Source: Prorocentrum cordatum (taxonomy: Eukaryota). Taken from it: a stretch of DNA of 64,000 nucleotides. Below the pieces are notes generated by a model, which searched no databases, was not told the DNA's origin, and saw nothing but the letters and a program-made list of their open reading frames with translations. Where the stretch lies: contig CAUYUJ010000292.1 in assembly GCA_963575745.1 (NCBI GenBank), positions 124,001 through 188,000 of the forward strand, given 5' to 3'. Made by a program: the position numbers and the translations under genes. This document shows, one piece after another, positions 1 through 12,199 of this stretch. The number at the start of each line of letters is the position of its first letter. Position 1 is the first letter of the stretch.

Positions 1-1397
1 CCAAGAGGCCCGAAAGAGACCCCAAAAGGCTCCAAAACGGAGCCCCGAGATACAAAAATCAGTGATCCTCTTAGGTTTTTGAAGGTTTTTGGCTTCCTCG
101 CCTTTTCGCCTTTCCGACGCTCCAAGACGGCCCAAGAGGGCCCCAAGACCACCCCAAGACGGCCCAAGAGGCCCCCAAGAGAGCCCCAAGACCGCCCAAG
201 AGGGCCCCAAGACAGCCTAAAAGGCGCCCAAGCGGGCCCCAAGAGGCGCCCAAGATGGAGACCACGAACCGAAAATCCAAGCCCTTCCGCTCCAAGAGGC
301 CTCCAGGACGCCCCAAGAGGCCCCCAAGAGGCCCCAAGAGGCGCCAAGAGGCCCGAAAGAGACGCCCAAAGGCTCAAAAACGGAGCCCCAAGAGGCAAAA
401 CTCAGTGATTTCCATTAGGTGTCTGAAGGTTTTTGGCTTCCTCGCCTTTTCGCGTTTCCGACACTCCAAGACGGCCCAAGAGGCCCCCCCAAGACCCACC
501 CCCAAGACCACGCCCAAGAGGCCCCCAAGAGAGCCCCAAGACCGCCCAAAGAGCTTTTCAAGACAGCCCAAAAGGCGCCCAAGACTGCCCAAGAGGGCCC
601 CAAGAGGAGCCCAAGAGATGGAGACCACGAACCGAAAATCCGAGCCTTCCGCTCCAAGAGGCCTCCAGGACGCCCCAAGAGGCCCCTAGAGAGGCCCCAA
701 GAGGCGCCAAGAGGCCCGAAAGAGACCCAAAACGCTCCCAAAACGGGCCCCGAGATGCAAAAATCTGTGATCTCTTAGTTTTGAAGGTTTTGGCTTCCTC
801 GCCTTTTCGCGTTTCCGACACTCCAAGACGGCCCAAGAGGCCCCCAAGACCACCCCAAGGCAGCCCACGAGGCCCCCAAGAGAGCCCCAAGACCGCCCAA
901 GAGGGCCCCAAGACAGCCTAAAAGGCGCCCAAGAAGGCCCCAAGAGGGCCCCAAGAGGGGCCCAAGATGGAGACCACGAGCCGAAAATCCGAGCCTTCCG
1001 CTCCAAGATGCCTCCAGGACGCCCCAAGAAGCCCCCAAGAGGCCCCAAGAGGCGCCAAGAGGCCCGAAAGAGATCCCAAAAGGCTCCAAAACGGAGCCCC
1101 AAGAGGCAAAATTCAGTGAATTCCCTTAGGTTTCTGAAGGTTTTTGGCTTCCTCGCCTTTTCGCGTTTCCGATACTCCAAGACGGCCCAAGAGGCCCCCA
1201 AGAAGCCCCCAAGACCACCCCAAGACGGCCTAAGAGGCCCCCCAAAGAGCTTCAAGACAGCCCAAAAGGCGCCCAAGACGGCCCAAGAGGGCCCCAAGTG
1301 GAGCCCAAGATGGAGACCAGGAGCCGAAAATCCGAGCCTTCCGCTCCAAGAGGCATCCAGGACGCCCCAAGAAGCCCCCAAGAGGCCCCAAGAGCCG
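1..1397. repeat. CCAAGA/GGCCCCAAGA-rich satellite with ~350 bp higher-order unit (truncated by window start)
   Basis: 'ccaagaggcccgaaagaga' recurs at ~1, ~345, ~707 and ~1056. The same repeat type fills elements at 49.0-50.0 and 52.05-52.8 kb. Confidence 0.9.
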
Positions 1398-1822
1398 CCA
1401 CTCTCTTTCTCTCTTTTTCTCTTTTCCCTCTCACGTCGAGTGGCATACCTGTCGCAACAGTTACACTGTGTTCATGGCCCCCGCATGAGCGTCCACGAGC
1501 AACGAGCCCCCACAAAGGCGCCAGGGACACCCCAGAGCGGCACAACCCAGGAAGCCCCGTGGAAACAACGATTCCCCCGACACCTCCTCAGAAGGTCGAC
1601 GCGAGCTGTTTTCGCGGGGGCAGCTTCAACACCACCATCCCGAACGCAACGCCTCAAAAAAATTATCCCCCCGGCAAAGCAACCTAACATCGATGTGTAG
1701 GATCATATCTGGAAGCATTCCCCTTAAGATTCGGATGAGAATCCAGTTGTAGAATTCGTGCTGTTCTCGCAGTCGTAGTCGCATTCGCGATGACAGTCGC
1801 AGTGGCAACGGCAGTCACAGAC

Positions 1823-3333
1823 ACAGCCTCAGCCTCAGCCTGCCTCAGCCTCAGCCTCAGCCTGCCTCAGCCTCAGCCTGCCTCAGCCTCAGCCTCAGCC
1901 TGCCTCAGCATCAGCCTCCTCAGCCTCAGCCTCAGCCTGCTTCAGCCTCAGCCTCAGTCTGCCTTCAGCTCGGCCTCAGCCTCAGCCTGCCTCAGCCTCA
2001 GCGGCATCAGCCTCAGCCTCAGCATAGCCTGCCTCAGCATCAGCCTGCCTCAGCCTCAGCCTGCCTCTGCCTCAGCTTCAGCTTGCTTCAGCTCAGCCTG
2101 TCTGCCGCGCTCGGCCTCAGCCTCAGCCTGCCTCAGCCTCAGCTCAGCCTGCCTCAGCCTCAGCCTCTGCCTGCCTCAGCATCAGCCTGCCTCAGGCCCT
2201 CAGCCTCAGCCAGCCTGCCTCAGCCTCACCTCAGCCTGCTTAGCTCTCAGCCTCAGGCTGCTAGCAGCTCGCCTCCTCAGCCTCAGCCTGCCTCAGCCTC
2301 AGCCTCAGCCTGCCTCAGCTCAGCCTCAGATGCTTCAGCCTCAGCCTGCCTCAGCCTCAGCCTGCCTCAGCCTCAGCCTCAGCCTCAGCCTGCCTCAGCC
2401 TCAGCCTCAGCCTTAGCCTCAGCCTCAGCCTGCCTCAGCCTCAGCCTCAGCCTCAGCCTCAGCCTGCCTCTGCCTCAGCCTCAGCCACAGCCTCAGCCTC
2501 AGCCTCAGCCTGCCTCAGCCTCAGCCTGCTCGGCTTGCCTCAGCCTCAGCCTCAGCCTGCCTCGGCCTCAGCCTCAGCCTCAGCCTGCCTCAGCCTCAGC
2601 CAGCCTCTCAGCCTCAGCCTGCATCAGCCTCAGCCTCAGCCTCAGCCTGCCTCAGCATCAGCCTCAGCCTCAGCCTCAGCCTCAGCCTCAGCCTGCCTCA
2701 GCCTCAGCCCTGCTCAGCCTCAGCCTCAGCCTCTGCTCAGCCTCAGCCTCAGGCGAGCCTCAATCTGCCTTCAGCCTCGGCCTCAGCCTCAGCCGCTGCC
2801 TCAGCCTGCATCAGCCTCAGCCTCAGCCTCAGCCTGCCTTCAGCATCAGCCTGCCTCACCTCAGCCTCAGCCTGCCTCAGCCTCAGCCTCAGCTGCTTCA
2901 GCCTCAGCCTCAGCCAAAGCCTCAGCTGCCTTCAGCCTCGGCCTCCGCCTCAGCCTGCCTCAGCCTCAGCCTGCATCAGCCTCAGCCTCAGCCTCAGCCT
3001 GCCTCAGCCTCAGCCTGCCTCAGCCTGCCTCTGCCTCAGCCTAAGCCTGGCCTCTGCCTCAGCCTCAGCCTCCAGCCTCAGCCTGCTTCAGCCAAAGCCT
3101 CAGTCTGCCTTGAGCCTTGGCCTCAGCCTCAGCCTCAGCCTGCCTCAGCCTCAGCCTGCATCAGATCAGCCTCAGCCTCAGCCTGCCTCAGCATCAGCCT
3201 GCCTCAGCCTCAGCCTGCCTCTGCCTCAGCCTCAGCCTGCTTCAGCCTCAGCCTCAGTCTGCCTTCAGCCTCGGCCTCAGCCTCAGCCTGCCTCCGCCTC
3301 AGCCTGCCTCAGCCTCAGCTCAGCCTGCCTCAG
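1823..3333. repeat. (CCTCAG)n hexamer microsatellite with CCTG interruptions
   Basis: Direct inspection. Confidence 0.97.
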
Positions 3334-3752
3334 CATTCAAAATGTGGCCCGGGGAATGGAATTCTGGGAACTCGAAGAACACGAAGTGGCCTACAGTTGG
3401 CTCCGGGCATTCAAAATCATGCCCAGGAATGGAGTTCTGGGAACTCGAAGACCACGAAGTGGCCTACAGTTGGCTCCGGGCATTCAAAATGTGGCCCGGG
3501 AATGGAGTTCTGGGAACTCGAAGACCACGAAGTGGCCTACAGTTGGCTCCGGGCATCCAAAATGTGGCCCGGGAATGGAGTTCTGGGAACTCGAAGAGCA
3601 CGAAGTGGCCTACAGTTGGCTCCGGGCATTCAAAATGTGGCCCGGGAATGGAGTTCTGGGAAGTCGAAGAGCACGAAGTGGCCTACAGTTGGCTCCGGGC
3701 ATTCAGAATGTGGCCCGGGAATGGAGTTCTGGGAGGTCGAAGAGCACGAAGT
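3333..3752. repeat. 73-bp tandem minisatellite, ~5.7 copies
   Basis: Unit 'cattcaaaatgtggcccgggaatggagttctgggaactcgaagagcacgaagtggcctacagttggctccggg' starts at ~3481, 3554, 3627 and 3700. Confidence 0.95.
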
Positions 3753-3898
3753 GTGTGACTGTATGCAAAAAACGATCCCCCCCGGAAAACCCCAACGGCT
3801 CCCCAACGGCTGCCCAGACCCCCCTGGGGAGTCATCAGATGCTCTCTTTTGACACCACTAGAAACCTACCAGTCTTCGATGTTAGGTAAAAAAAAAAT

Positions 3899-3993
3899 GC
3901 GCCGACCCCTGCAGCTCCGCACTGCCGACGACCTCTCGCCCACTCGACCGCGGTGCCTCATCATGGGCCAGCGGAATGAGCGAAGCGATTCAA
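3899..3993 (+). mobile_element. Minimal/truncated copy of HINE-like family 4 (3' end)
   Basis: Ends in 'tgggccagcggaatgagcgaagcgatt'; the body resembles 49930-50025. Confidence 0.6.
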
Positions 3994-3995
3994 TA

Positions 3996-4290
3996 AATTG
4001 CACCACATAACAATACAACGCATATATTGCACAACGTAGAGTACACAACATGGATTGCACCACGTAGACTGCACCGCATGTATTGCACCCCGTCAATTGC
4101 ACCACATAGATTGCGCACCACAATGATTGCACCACAAAGATTGCACCATATTGATTGCACCACATATTCTGCACCACAAAAATTGCACAACATAGTTTGC
4201 GCAACACGTATTGTAAAGCCTACATGTTACAATACGGTTTGCACCACATCGATTGAACCACATATATTGCTCCACAAAGATTGCACAGCA
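3996..4290. repeat. Degenerate ATTGCACCAC(A) tandem repeat
   Basis: 'attgcaccac' variants recur every ~15-20 bp. Confidence 0.85.
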
Positions 4291-5640
4291 TGTACTGCTA
4301 TAGGTACACTGTTTGGGGGCCACGCTGGCTAACATGTGTGTCTATATACATATACAATAGAACCACGCGCGCGCTGTTCTAGCCCAGCCCATGGCGCTGT
4401 GATGGCACGAAGGTCGGGGTTTGCGGGCGACTCACTGTCCGAGAAGAGCGTCTTGGACCGGTTATGGGATGTCGCAGGGCTTCGTTGGACTGACTGGCTT
4501 CGGGGATGTTTAGGCGCTGTCCGAGGGGGGGGAGGGGGGGCACGTGTCTTTGGCCCCAATGGCGCCGTCCAGGGCTGCCGGATCGTTGTCACAGCACGCA
4601 AGTCTTGGCTTGTGGGCTCGTCGGGAAGATCGCTGAACAGCCTTGGGGCATTGACTGGCTTTCTGTTGAAATGTCGAGGCTCTAGTTTGCTGGTCTTTGG
4701 ATGTCGTCACATGCTTGGCCTGTCGGGCCGAGCACGTGCGGGAGGGGCGAGGAATGATGGAGGACGGGACAAGAGCTGCCTTGAAATATAATGGACGCGC
4801 TGTCCCGCCAGCTGTCGGAACACGTGAAGAATGCCAGAGGACGCAGGGATAACTTTTTTCCGCGAGTTCAAGCGCTCAGCCCCTTCAGAACTGTAGAAGC
4901 ACAGTTCAAGAGCACTTACCCAGGCGCGTTGAAGAGCGCCACCGCCAAAAGACTGGGACAGACTTCAACGGGCCTGGGCCTCATGCTGGGCTTCTGCAGG
5001 ACATCGATGGGGCAACAGAGGGGAGAGGGAGGAGAGGGAGCGAGGGAGGGGGAGGCGGAGACGAAGACTCTGGACACTGGACGCTGCGCCTGTTCGCCCC
5101 ACGGGGCGACCCTACGGGATGGGACTGCACAGCCGCTCATCAAACCACAGGATAGCAGCTCGGCTGGAGCCGCTCGCTGAGCAAGTGCAGCAACTGCACT
5201 GCCTGCGCGGGGAGCCCGGCCGTCGGAGCCTCGACGGGAGGGCGGGGCACACAAAAACAAGTGGAATGCATAGCACTGGCCCTGTCGAGTTGCGTCGGGC
5301 CTCCACTCGGACGAGTCCCTTGGACTCAGACGGCGTACCTTGCCAAGCCAACACGTTCGCCTATGAAACTGGAAATCCGTGCCAGGGCAACGAGATGCAA
5401 CTCAGCAGAGAAGACATTGTGCAATCACGCGTGAGAACTCGAACTGGAAACAATATAATTTGGCCCAGTGCGAATCCACCTTAGGGTCAGTTGTTGTAGC
5501 CCGGGTTCGTATGACTGAGCCGAGGGATGAAACGAGATACGTCCATGCCCGGAAAATGTCGAACCCAAAGAAAGAATAAGATAGCATGGGCTCAGGCAGC
5601 TCTGCAACCACCGGAAACAGGACCAGATTGCTGCCGCCTG

Positions 5641-5674
<34 letters not shown>

Positions 5675-6949
5675 GCCCAGTCGCGTCGAATCGGTCCACA
5701 AGCGGACGCGGACAGAAAACTGTGAAGTCACCTGGGCGACAGACAAATTGCACGCATCATTGGGCTCGGAAGCCCTGCGGTAAACTCACGGGGCCAAGCA
5801 TGTGGGGCCCAGCCCTGAGCTGTACGAGGGGGGGGGCGATCCCAAGCTTTCCCCCTCTTCCTTCGGCGGTGGACAAACCTCCCTTTAGTAAACCTCCCCT
5901 TAGTGAAAGCGGCCTGGGACCGAAACCGACGGACCTGGACCCGCAAAAATGACGGCCGCGACGCCCTCCCGCGAACCGAAAACGGCCAATTCCTTCATCG
6001 GCGTGTCAGGGTAGGAGTTCTGTCCACCCCCGATTCCTGAGCCGTCTCGTTTTTCGTCGAAGAGCGGGGAGGCCATGGCGGCGTCGGAACTGAGCCGGGC
6101 TCGGCGGCCCGTTCGGCAGCAGAAGGGGCTCGGACGCCGAGCAGGCTCAGAAGGGAGCCCTGGGCTCAGCGGGCCCTGGAAACGACAAGGCATTTTTTTA
6201 ACCGCTTCCATGTTGCCGTTTTTGCTCCCGGTTCCGACGCCGTTGTTTTACTGGTTCCGTCGCCGTTGCTTTACCGGTTCTGGCTCCATTTCCAATCCTG
6301 GAGCCGTCTTTTTGCAGTTTCTGGTCGCCGGTTGCCGTTTCCATGTTCAAGACACACTTTTTCGGAAACGGTTTAAAAAAACGGCTCCGCCGTTTCCGGA
6401 GCCCACTAAGATCCTGGGGCAGCATGAAACGTGGAAAGAATGCAACAACTCGCGGCCCCGAAAATGGCGGCTGTTTCTTGAAAGGCCGCCTTGCCCGAGC
6501 AAATGGCGAGGAGGGGCGAAGAGGTCTGTCCACTGCCTCTCGTGGTGGCTGCTACACGCCGTCACATGAGGCCAGGATCCTACAGCCAGGAACCTCAGAA
6601 CATGAAAATTCGACATACCTTATTAGTTGGACTGAATGGTGGCTTCCTGGACGCTCCGGTTTTCGACAATCATCATACCGCGTGTTGGCGCTAACGTGTC
6701 GACGCAAGCGGTGTAGCGAGGGCCGACACAAGCTGCATGCCATCGGCGGAGCTGAAGGGGGCAAACACACATTGGAATCGATGTGCAAATTCTCGCGACA
6801 AGGCATGTGACCGGTCTCCCTGGTCGCGACAAGATTCCCGCAGGCGCCGTCTGGGAATCAGCTGCTCTTGGGCATTCCCAAGCGGCACAGGCGCGAGACG
6901 CGACGTGGCCAGCAGCCCCCATACCCCCTCCCCCCCTCCAGTCACGCCC

Positions 6950-8179
6950 GCTATCGCCAAGGGGATACAATTAGCCTGGCGAAGAACCCGACCATATGCA
7001 GTTGTCAGTACCGCAGCTGCGGGTTTCATCTTCAATGGAACTCCCCATAGGATTACGAAACGTGTGAGGGGTGTGCCGAATTGGGTGCGGGTGGTGACGC
7101 ATGCGGGCGGCAGCACTGGGGCCTTCGGTGGAGCTCCCCCCCATGGGGCCACGAAACCTGTTGTTGTGAGGGGCGTGCCGTGGATGGGTGGCGGGGACGC
7201 ATGTTGAGCGCGGCCGCTGGGGCCTTCGGTGGAGCTCCCTATGGGGCCACGAAACGTGTGAGGGGTGTGCCGAATTGGGTGGGTGGGTGACGCATGTGAG
7301 CGCCGCCACTGGGGCCTCCGGTGGATGATGGGGCCACGAAACCTGTCAGGGATGTGCCGAAATGGGTGTGCGGGACGCATGCGCATGTGAGCGCCGCCAC
7401 TGGGGCCTTCGGTGGAGCTCCCTATGGGGCCACGAAACGTGTGAGGGGTGTGCCGAAATGGGGTGTGGGGTGACGCATGCGGGCGCGGGCACTGGGGCCT
7501 TCGGTGGAGCTCCCCTATGGAGCCACGAAACGTGTGAGGGAGGGGTGTGCCGAAATGGGTGTGGGTGACGCATGCGGGCGCGGGCACTGGGGCCTTCGGT
7601 GGAGCTCCCTATGGAGCCACGAAACGTGTGAGGGGTGTGCCGAAATGGGTGTGGGTGACGCATGCGGGCGCGGGCACTGGGGCCTTCGGTGGAGCTCCCT
7701 ATGGAGCCACGAAACGTGTGAGGGGTGTGCCGAATGGGTGTGGGTGACGCATGCGGTGCGCGGGCACTGGGGCCTTCGGTGGAGTGGGCCACGAAATAAA
7801 TGGGTTGGGTGACGCATCACTGGGGCCTTCGGTGGAGCTCCCTATGGAGCCACGAAACGTGTGAGGGGTGTGCCGAAATGGGTGTGGGTGACGCATGCGG
7901 GCGCGGGCACTGGGGCCTTCGGTGAGCTCCCTATGGAGCCACGAAACGTGTGAGGGGTGTGCCGAAATGGGTGTGGGTGACGCATGCGGGCGCGGGCACT
8001 GGGGCCTTCGGTGGAGCTCCCTATGGAGCCACGAAGCGGTGTACTGGGTGGGTGAAGAGGAGAGGAGGAGAGGATGATAGGAGGGGAGAGGAGGCGGAGG
8101 AGGAGAGGAGGAGAGGAGACGCGGGGCACCGTCTCTTCAAAACGAGGACCCAACAACACAGGTTGGTTGGGAAAAAAAA
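6950..8179 (-). mobile_element. HINE-like family 2 element with 90-bp central tandem array
   Basis: One end 'ttagcctggcgaagaacccgaccatatgcagttgt' (6971), other end 'tctcttcaaaacgaggacccaacaacacaggttggttgggaaaa' (~8132-8179). 90-bp unit (gaaacgtgtg at 7621 and 7711). Same ends at three other loci. Confidence 0.75.
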
Positions 8180-8239
8180 CATCTGGGCCAACACGTGACC
8201 GCAAGCTCGACGAGACTTTCAGACGAGGGAGCCGGGCAC

Positions 8240-8321
8240 CCCGTAACGCGTGTCGGCGGCTATGGCCACGCACTTCTCGCCCGCCATCGCCACGATGGCG
8301 GAACCGTTGTAATTCATGATC
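8240..8321 (-). CDS. PSMB3: Proteasome subunit beta type-3, coding exon 2
   Basis: Translates (S)IMNYNGSAIVAMAGEKCVAIAADTRYG, matching the conserved beta-3 N-terminus [29 protein letters not shown]. Acceptor cccag|G at 8322/8321; probable GT donor at 8239 (exact end +/- a few nt). Confidence 0.85.
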
Positions 8322-8641
8322 CTGGGCGGAAAGAGGGGGAGGGGGGGGTTCTGGCTCCGGACCTCCGCTTGGTACGACTGTTTGAAAAAGTGCGTCCTGT
8401 GGAGGGCACTCCACCTGCCTGAAACAGGCGCCAAAAACAGCGATGATCGAATTACTCCACGGAAATGTTGGATTGCACGCGTGTTGAACCATCTGGCTGT
8501 CATGTAAAAGCGGCGCTGCCGCTAGCAGAGTGCTTATAAAAGTAATCTGCACGGGCACCAAGTGAACAAGTTCAGTGCAGTAGGTCCCACCGATCCCGCC
8601 CCTGACAAGGATGCAGCTGGCACGAACATGCATCATGGCAC

Positions 8642-8646
8642 GACAT
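8642..8646 (-). CDS. PSMB3: Proteasome subunit beta type-3, coding part of exon 1 (ATG TC)
   Basis: Minus strand reads gccgccATGTC|gtgcc. Splicing to G ATC ATG AAT gives M-S-I-M-N-Y-N-G; intron 8322-8641. Confidence 0.7.
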
Positions 8647-8818
8647 GGCGGCTTGCACCCCGATCAGCTGCCCCTGTCGGGGGGGAGGAGGGGAGGGGGG
8701 GTGCGAGCCCCCGAAGCCGCGGGCACGGACAGATGGTCAACGTTTTTTGCTCGGCGTTTCGACATTGGCCGGAGGGGGGGCGGAGGGGGGGGGTCTGGCT
8801 CAGGGCCTCTGCTTAATG

Positions 8819-8971
8819 TTAAGTCAGGCCTGTTCCCCTACAGGGTGATTTTGGAAGAAAAATTAGACATACCCCAAAAAGATTCAAATCAACGCTCGAA
8901 AAAACTAAAACAATAATCCCCATACTATTTCTTTATTATTTTGAATATCTGGAGGGACAGGCCCAACTTAA
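8819..8971. mobile_element. Small inverted-repeat (MITE-like) module, copy 1 of 5
   Basis: ttaagtcaggcctgttcccctacag ... ctggagggacaggcccaacttaa around an AT-rich core. Confidence 0.6.
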
Positions 8972-9610
8972 GCTGAATAGCGTCTGGGGGCCCAGCCCCC
9001 GAGGCCACGGGCACGGATAGATGGTCAACGTTGCTGTTACTCGGCGCTTCGACACTGGGCGGAAGGGGGGAGGCAGGGGGGGGCTGACTCCGGACCTCTG
9101 CTTCACGGCGTCTGTTTGCAGCGGTGCGTCCTGCGGGAAAGACTCCACCTGCTCGAAGCAGGCGCCAAAAAAGCAGCCAAGATCTGCTCCAAAAGGGGGG
9201 GGGAGGGGGGGGGCGAGGGCCCGCGCCGGCCGGCAACACAATGAACCAGAGAACGATGACATGTTCTTCGCCCATGAGCGCCGAGCCCTCGACGCCGAGA
9301 GCACCCAACAAGGTCCTCGGGGGAAGATATCGTCGCCGCCGCCGCCGACGCCGCTGGTGGGAACAGGCATGTTTGAGGCTCGGGGGTTCCCCTCCCTGGC
9401 GCGCGGAGCGCGCCAGGGGCGGCGCCGGAGGCGCCGCCGGGGGGCCCCAGCGCCGATTCGAGAAATCCGCGCGGACCTCCGAGTTTTTATGTGTATGTCA
9501 CTTGCTGTTCCCCTGCCGAGTCCGTGAGTCGGTTTCACCTCGACTGGCCCGCGTGCGGTCTCCGATCAGAGTTCGGCGTGCCGGACTCCGTTGCCCCAAT
9601 AGCCAGGCAC

Positions 9611-9983
9611 TGTTTTTTAATCCGCGGGTCGAGAGCGCACCTCTTCCGGTCGAAGCTAAGCGGGCCGCGCGAAGCTTGAATTAACCAGAGGTGGGGGAAA
9701 AAGGGGGGCGCAGCCTCAGAACGAGGCCGGGAGGAGGCAAAGCCTCGGAATCAGGCGGTGCCGAAACCGGCGTACTTGCAAAGGAGCGCCTTCTCCATGA
9801 ACCCGGTGGCGAAGTACCAATGGCCAGGCACAGGGAGAGGGGAGGACGGGGACCGTGACGAGGCCTCGGGGGGGAGGCCGGCACCAGAGGACGCCGACTG
9901 CACACAGTTGTTTTTATATTCGCGGGTCGAGAGCGCACCTCTTCCGGTCGAAGCTAAGCCAGCCGCGCGAAGCTTGAATTAAC
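9611..9983. repeat. ~75-bp direct repeat pair
   Basis: 'cgcgggtcgagagcgcacctcttccggtcgaagctaagc...gccgcgcgaagcttgaattaac' at ~9611-9684 and ~9909-9983. Confidence 0.9.
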
Positions 9984-12199
9984 ATCCCCGACTGCACACA
10001 GACACCGAGGACGCCAGACTCGGGCCTGCCCCATGTATCATGCCCCAGCACGAGGGGTCGCTCCCTGTCGAGCCCACGCAGGGAAATTCTTCATCAGCTC
10101 GACTCCTGCGAAGTGGAGTCCTACATGCACAGCATTATTCGACCGAATCCCGCCAAACGCGTGCGTCCTGCTGTAGCTCCCAGCGTCGATGCTCAGCATT
10201 TAGCCATTACTTACTTGATTAAATGGCCCTTTGCCTAGTTTACCGATCAGGTGACCGTGTAATCGAAACACATGTACGTCGGTTGCTCGAATGGCTGATT
10301 GATTGGCCGACAAACAAAAGCAGTGATTTGGCTGGATGCCCAATCACGGTAAAGTACTGGTTCATTGCATCGATGGCTATTAATTGGTTGATTGACAGGT
10401 GGGTGTGTAGATCATTGACTGCTTAGTTGAACTTTTGATTGAGTAGCCCGGCACCTGAATGTCCAATTGAATTGGTTGTTGGTCGTATCTTGCTTGCTGG
10501 TTTGGGTCAATCGGCTGACGATTTCATCAATATCTTGATCTGTACCCCTCAGCTGACGCAGGACGCCATCCAATCCGTCATCCTGTGACCGCCATGGAAC
10601 CACTTAGCAGAACTCCTGGCGAGGCGCAAAGATTACACACTGGACCTCGGACGGGGCCGTCTTTCGGCGAACAGACTGCTCCGATGGCACTCGCAGAAGC
10701 TCTCGCGCCCGATCGCAGGGCTTCGGGAGAGACAACGTTGGTGAACAGTCTTCCGATGGACCGAGTCCCACCCCGCCATTTCCCCGTATGCCTTCAGGAT
10801 GACACAGCCGCAGAGACATCCGACTGAAGCCTCCTCAAACGCCACCCGAGAGGTCCTGCAGAGCATCATGGGTCCCCGAGATGACCCTGGCCAGCCTCCA
10901 AGGACGACCCCGAGACCGCTCCGAGGCGGCCGCCGACCGCCCCAAGACGGTCCCGAGGCGACCCCACATCGCCAAGAGGGCTCTGAGGCATTCCTAAGAC
11001 CCCCGAAGGGACACACAGGAGCCAACAGGGCTCAAGAAGGCCCTGAGAGAGCCCTGACATTGAAACGCGCGTGCGGAAGCCATACCGGCAAACAGTCCCT
11101 TCCTTGGAGATTTGCGTCCTGGGTGCCCCTTTGGGGCACACCGTGACTCCCGTTATGCGCACTCGATCCGCCATTTTGCCCGCATGATGCGGGGTCGTTC
11201 GAATCACAATCACCACCACCACCATCATCACCATCGCCATCACCACCTTCATCACCATCACCATCGTTAGCATCAACAACATCACCATCACCATCAGCAT
11301 CACCATCACCATCGTTGGCATCAACAGCATCACCATCACCATCACCATCCGCCCGCCACTCCCCCTGTCCCTTCCCCCTCCCCGCGCGGACAGGGGGGCG
11401 AGGGCGAGAGAGCGTCCCGCTCATGGCGCCGCGGGTGTCGTGCGGCCGCCGGGGGCCCTGCGGAGGGAAGGGGGGAGGGGCCCGCGGTCACAGGTCACAG
11501 GAGGAGAGGGCGGGGGAGGAGAGGAGGAGGAGGAGGAGGAGGAGGAGGAGGAGGAGGAGGAGGAAGAAGGGGAGGCGAGCAGGGGAAGCATGAAGGACGG
11601 AAGGAGGCGCTGACAAGATCGGTCGACCAATCGATCGAGCTTTCGAGCTGACAAGAGGAGGAGGAGGAGGAGGAGGAGAGGAGGAGGAGGAGGAGGAGGA
11701 GGAGGAGCAATAAGCAATGCGCGGGGAGTTCAAATGGGTTGCGCGGGCAGTTCAATGAGCAGATGCGCGGTGCGGGTCCCGCCAGCGAGGGTCTCCCCGT
11801 CTTTTCCACAGCCAACCCGCACACCACCAAGTCGGGTTGCGCAGAGTTCTTTCTGAAATGAGGTAGAGGAGGAGGAGGAGGAGGAGGAGGAGGAGGAGGA
11901 GGAGGGGGGGAGGAGGAGGAGGAGAGGGAGGAGGAGGAGGAGGAGGGAGGAGGAGGAGGAGGAGGAGGAGGAGGAGGAGGAGGAGGAGGAGGAGGGGAAG
12001 GACGGGGAGGAGGAGGAAGAGAAGAAGAAAGAGGAAGGAGGAGGACGAAGAGAAGGAGCCCCCAGCCGCCTGGGAGCCCCGCGGGGCGGGGGGGGCCGCT
12101 GGTCCGCCGCGGGCGGCCCCCTACCGAGACCGGCCTGCTTCCGTCGCTCCTGCGGCGGGCTCGCCCCTCCCCCCTGCCTGGGCTCACCTTGTACAGTGG

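Larger units (their letters stand above)
1650..3897 (-). mobile_element. HINE/Helentron-like non-autonomous element, family 1
   Basis: Perfect 12-bp subterminal IR: acctaacatcga (1682-1693) / tcgatgttaggt (3877-3888). The latter also pairs with a nearby 'accta' and abuts an A-run. Encloses a microsatellite and a 73-bp array. Confidence 0.6.

Noticed and set aside
3333..3752. Regular repeats (also 7.0-8.0, 35.5-36.8 and 50.7-51.3 kb) as CRISPR arrays
   Set aside because: Units are contiguous tandem copies with no unique spacers, and no cas-like ORFs are present.
5338..5745. Candidate downstream PSMB3 exons (TDFQ at ~5370; DFTVF at ~5725)
   Set aside because: Only 3-4 residues match, and flanking residues do not fit beta-3.
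11168..11185. Weak SL-like strings (gccattttgcc here; gcccatttggg at 39501; acggtcgcgatcct at ~50490 minus)
   Set aside because: Too short or divergent to distinguish from chance.
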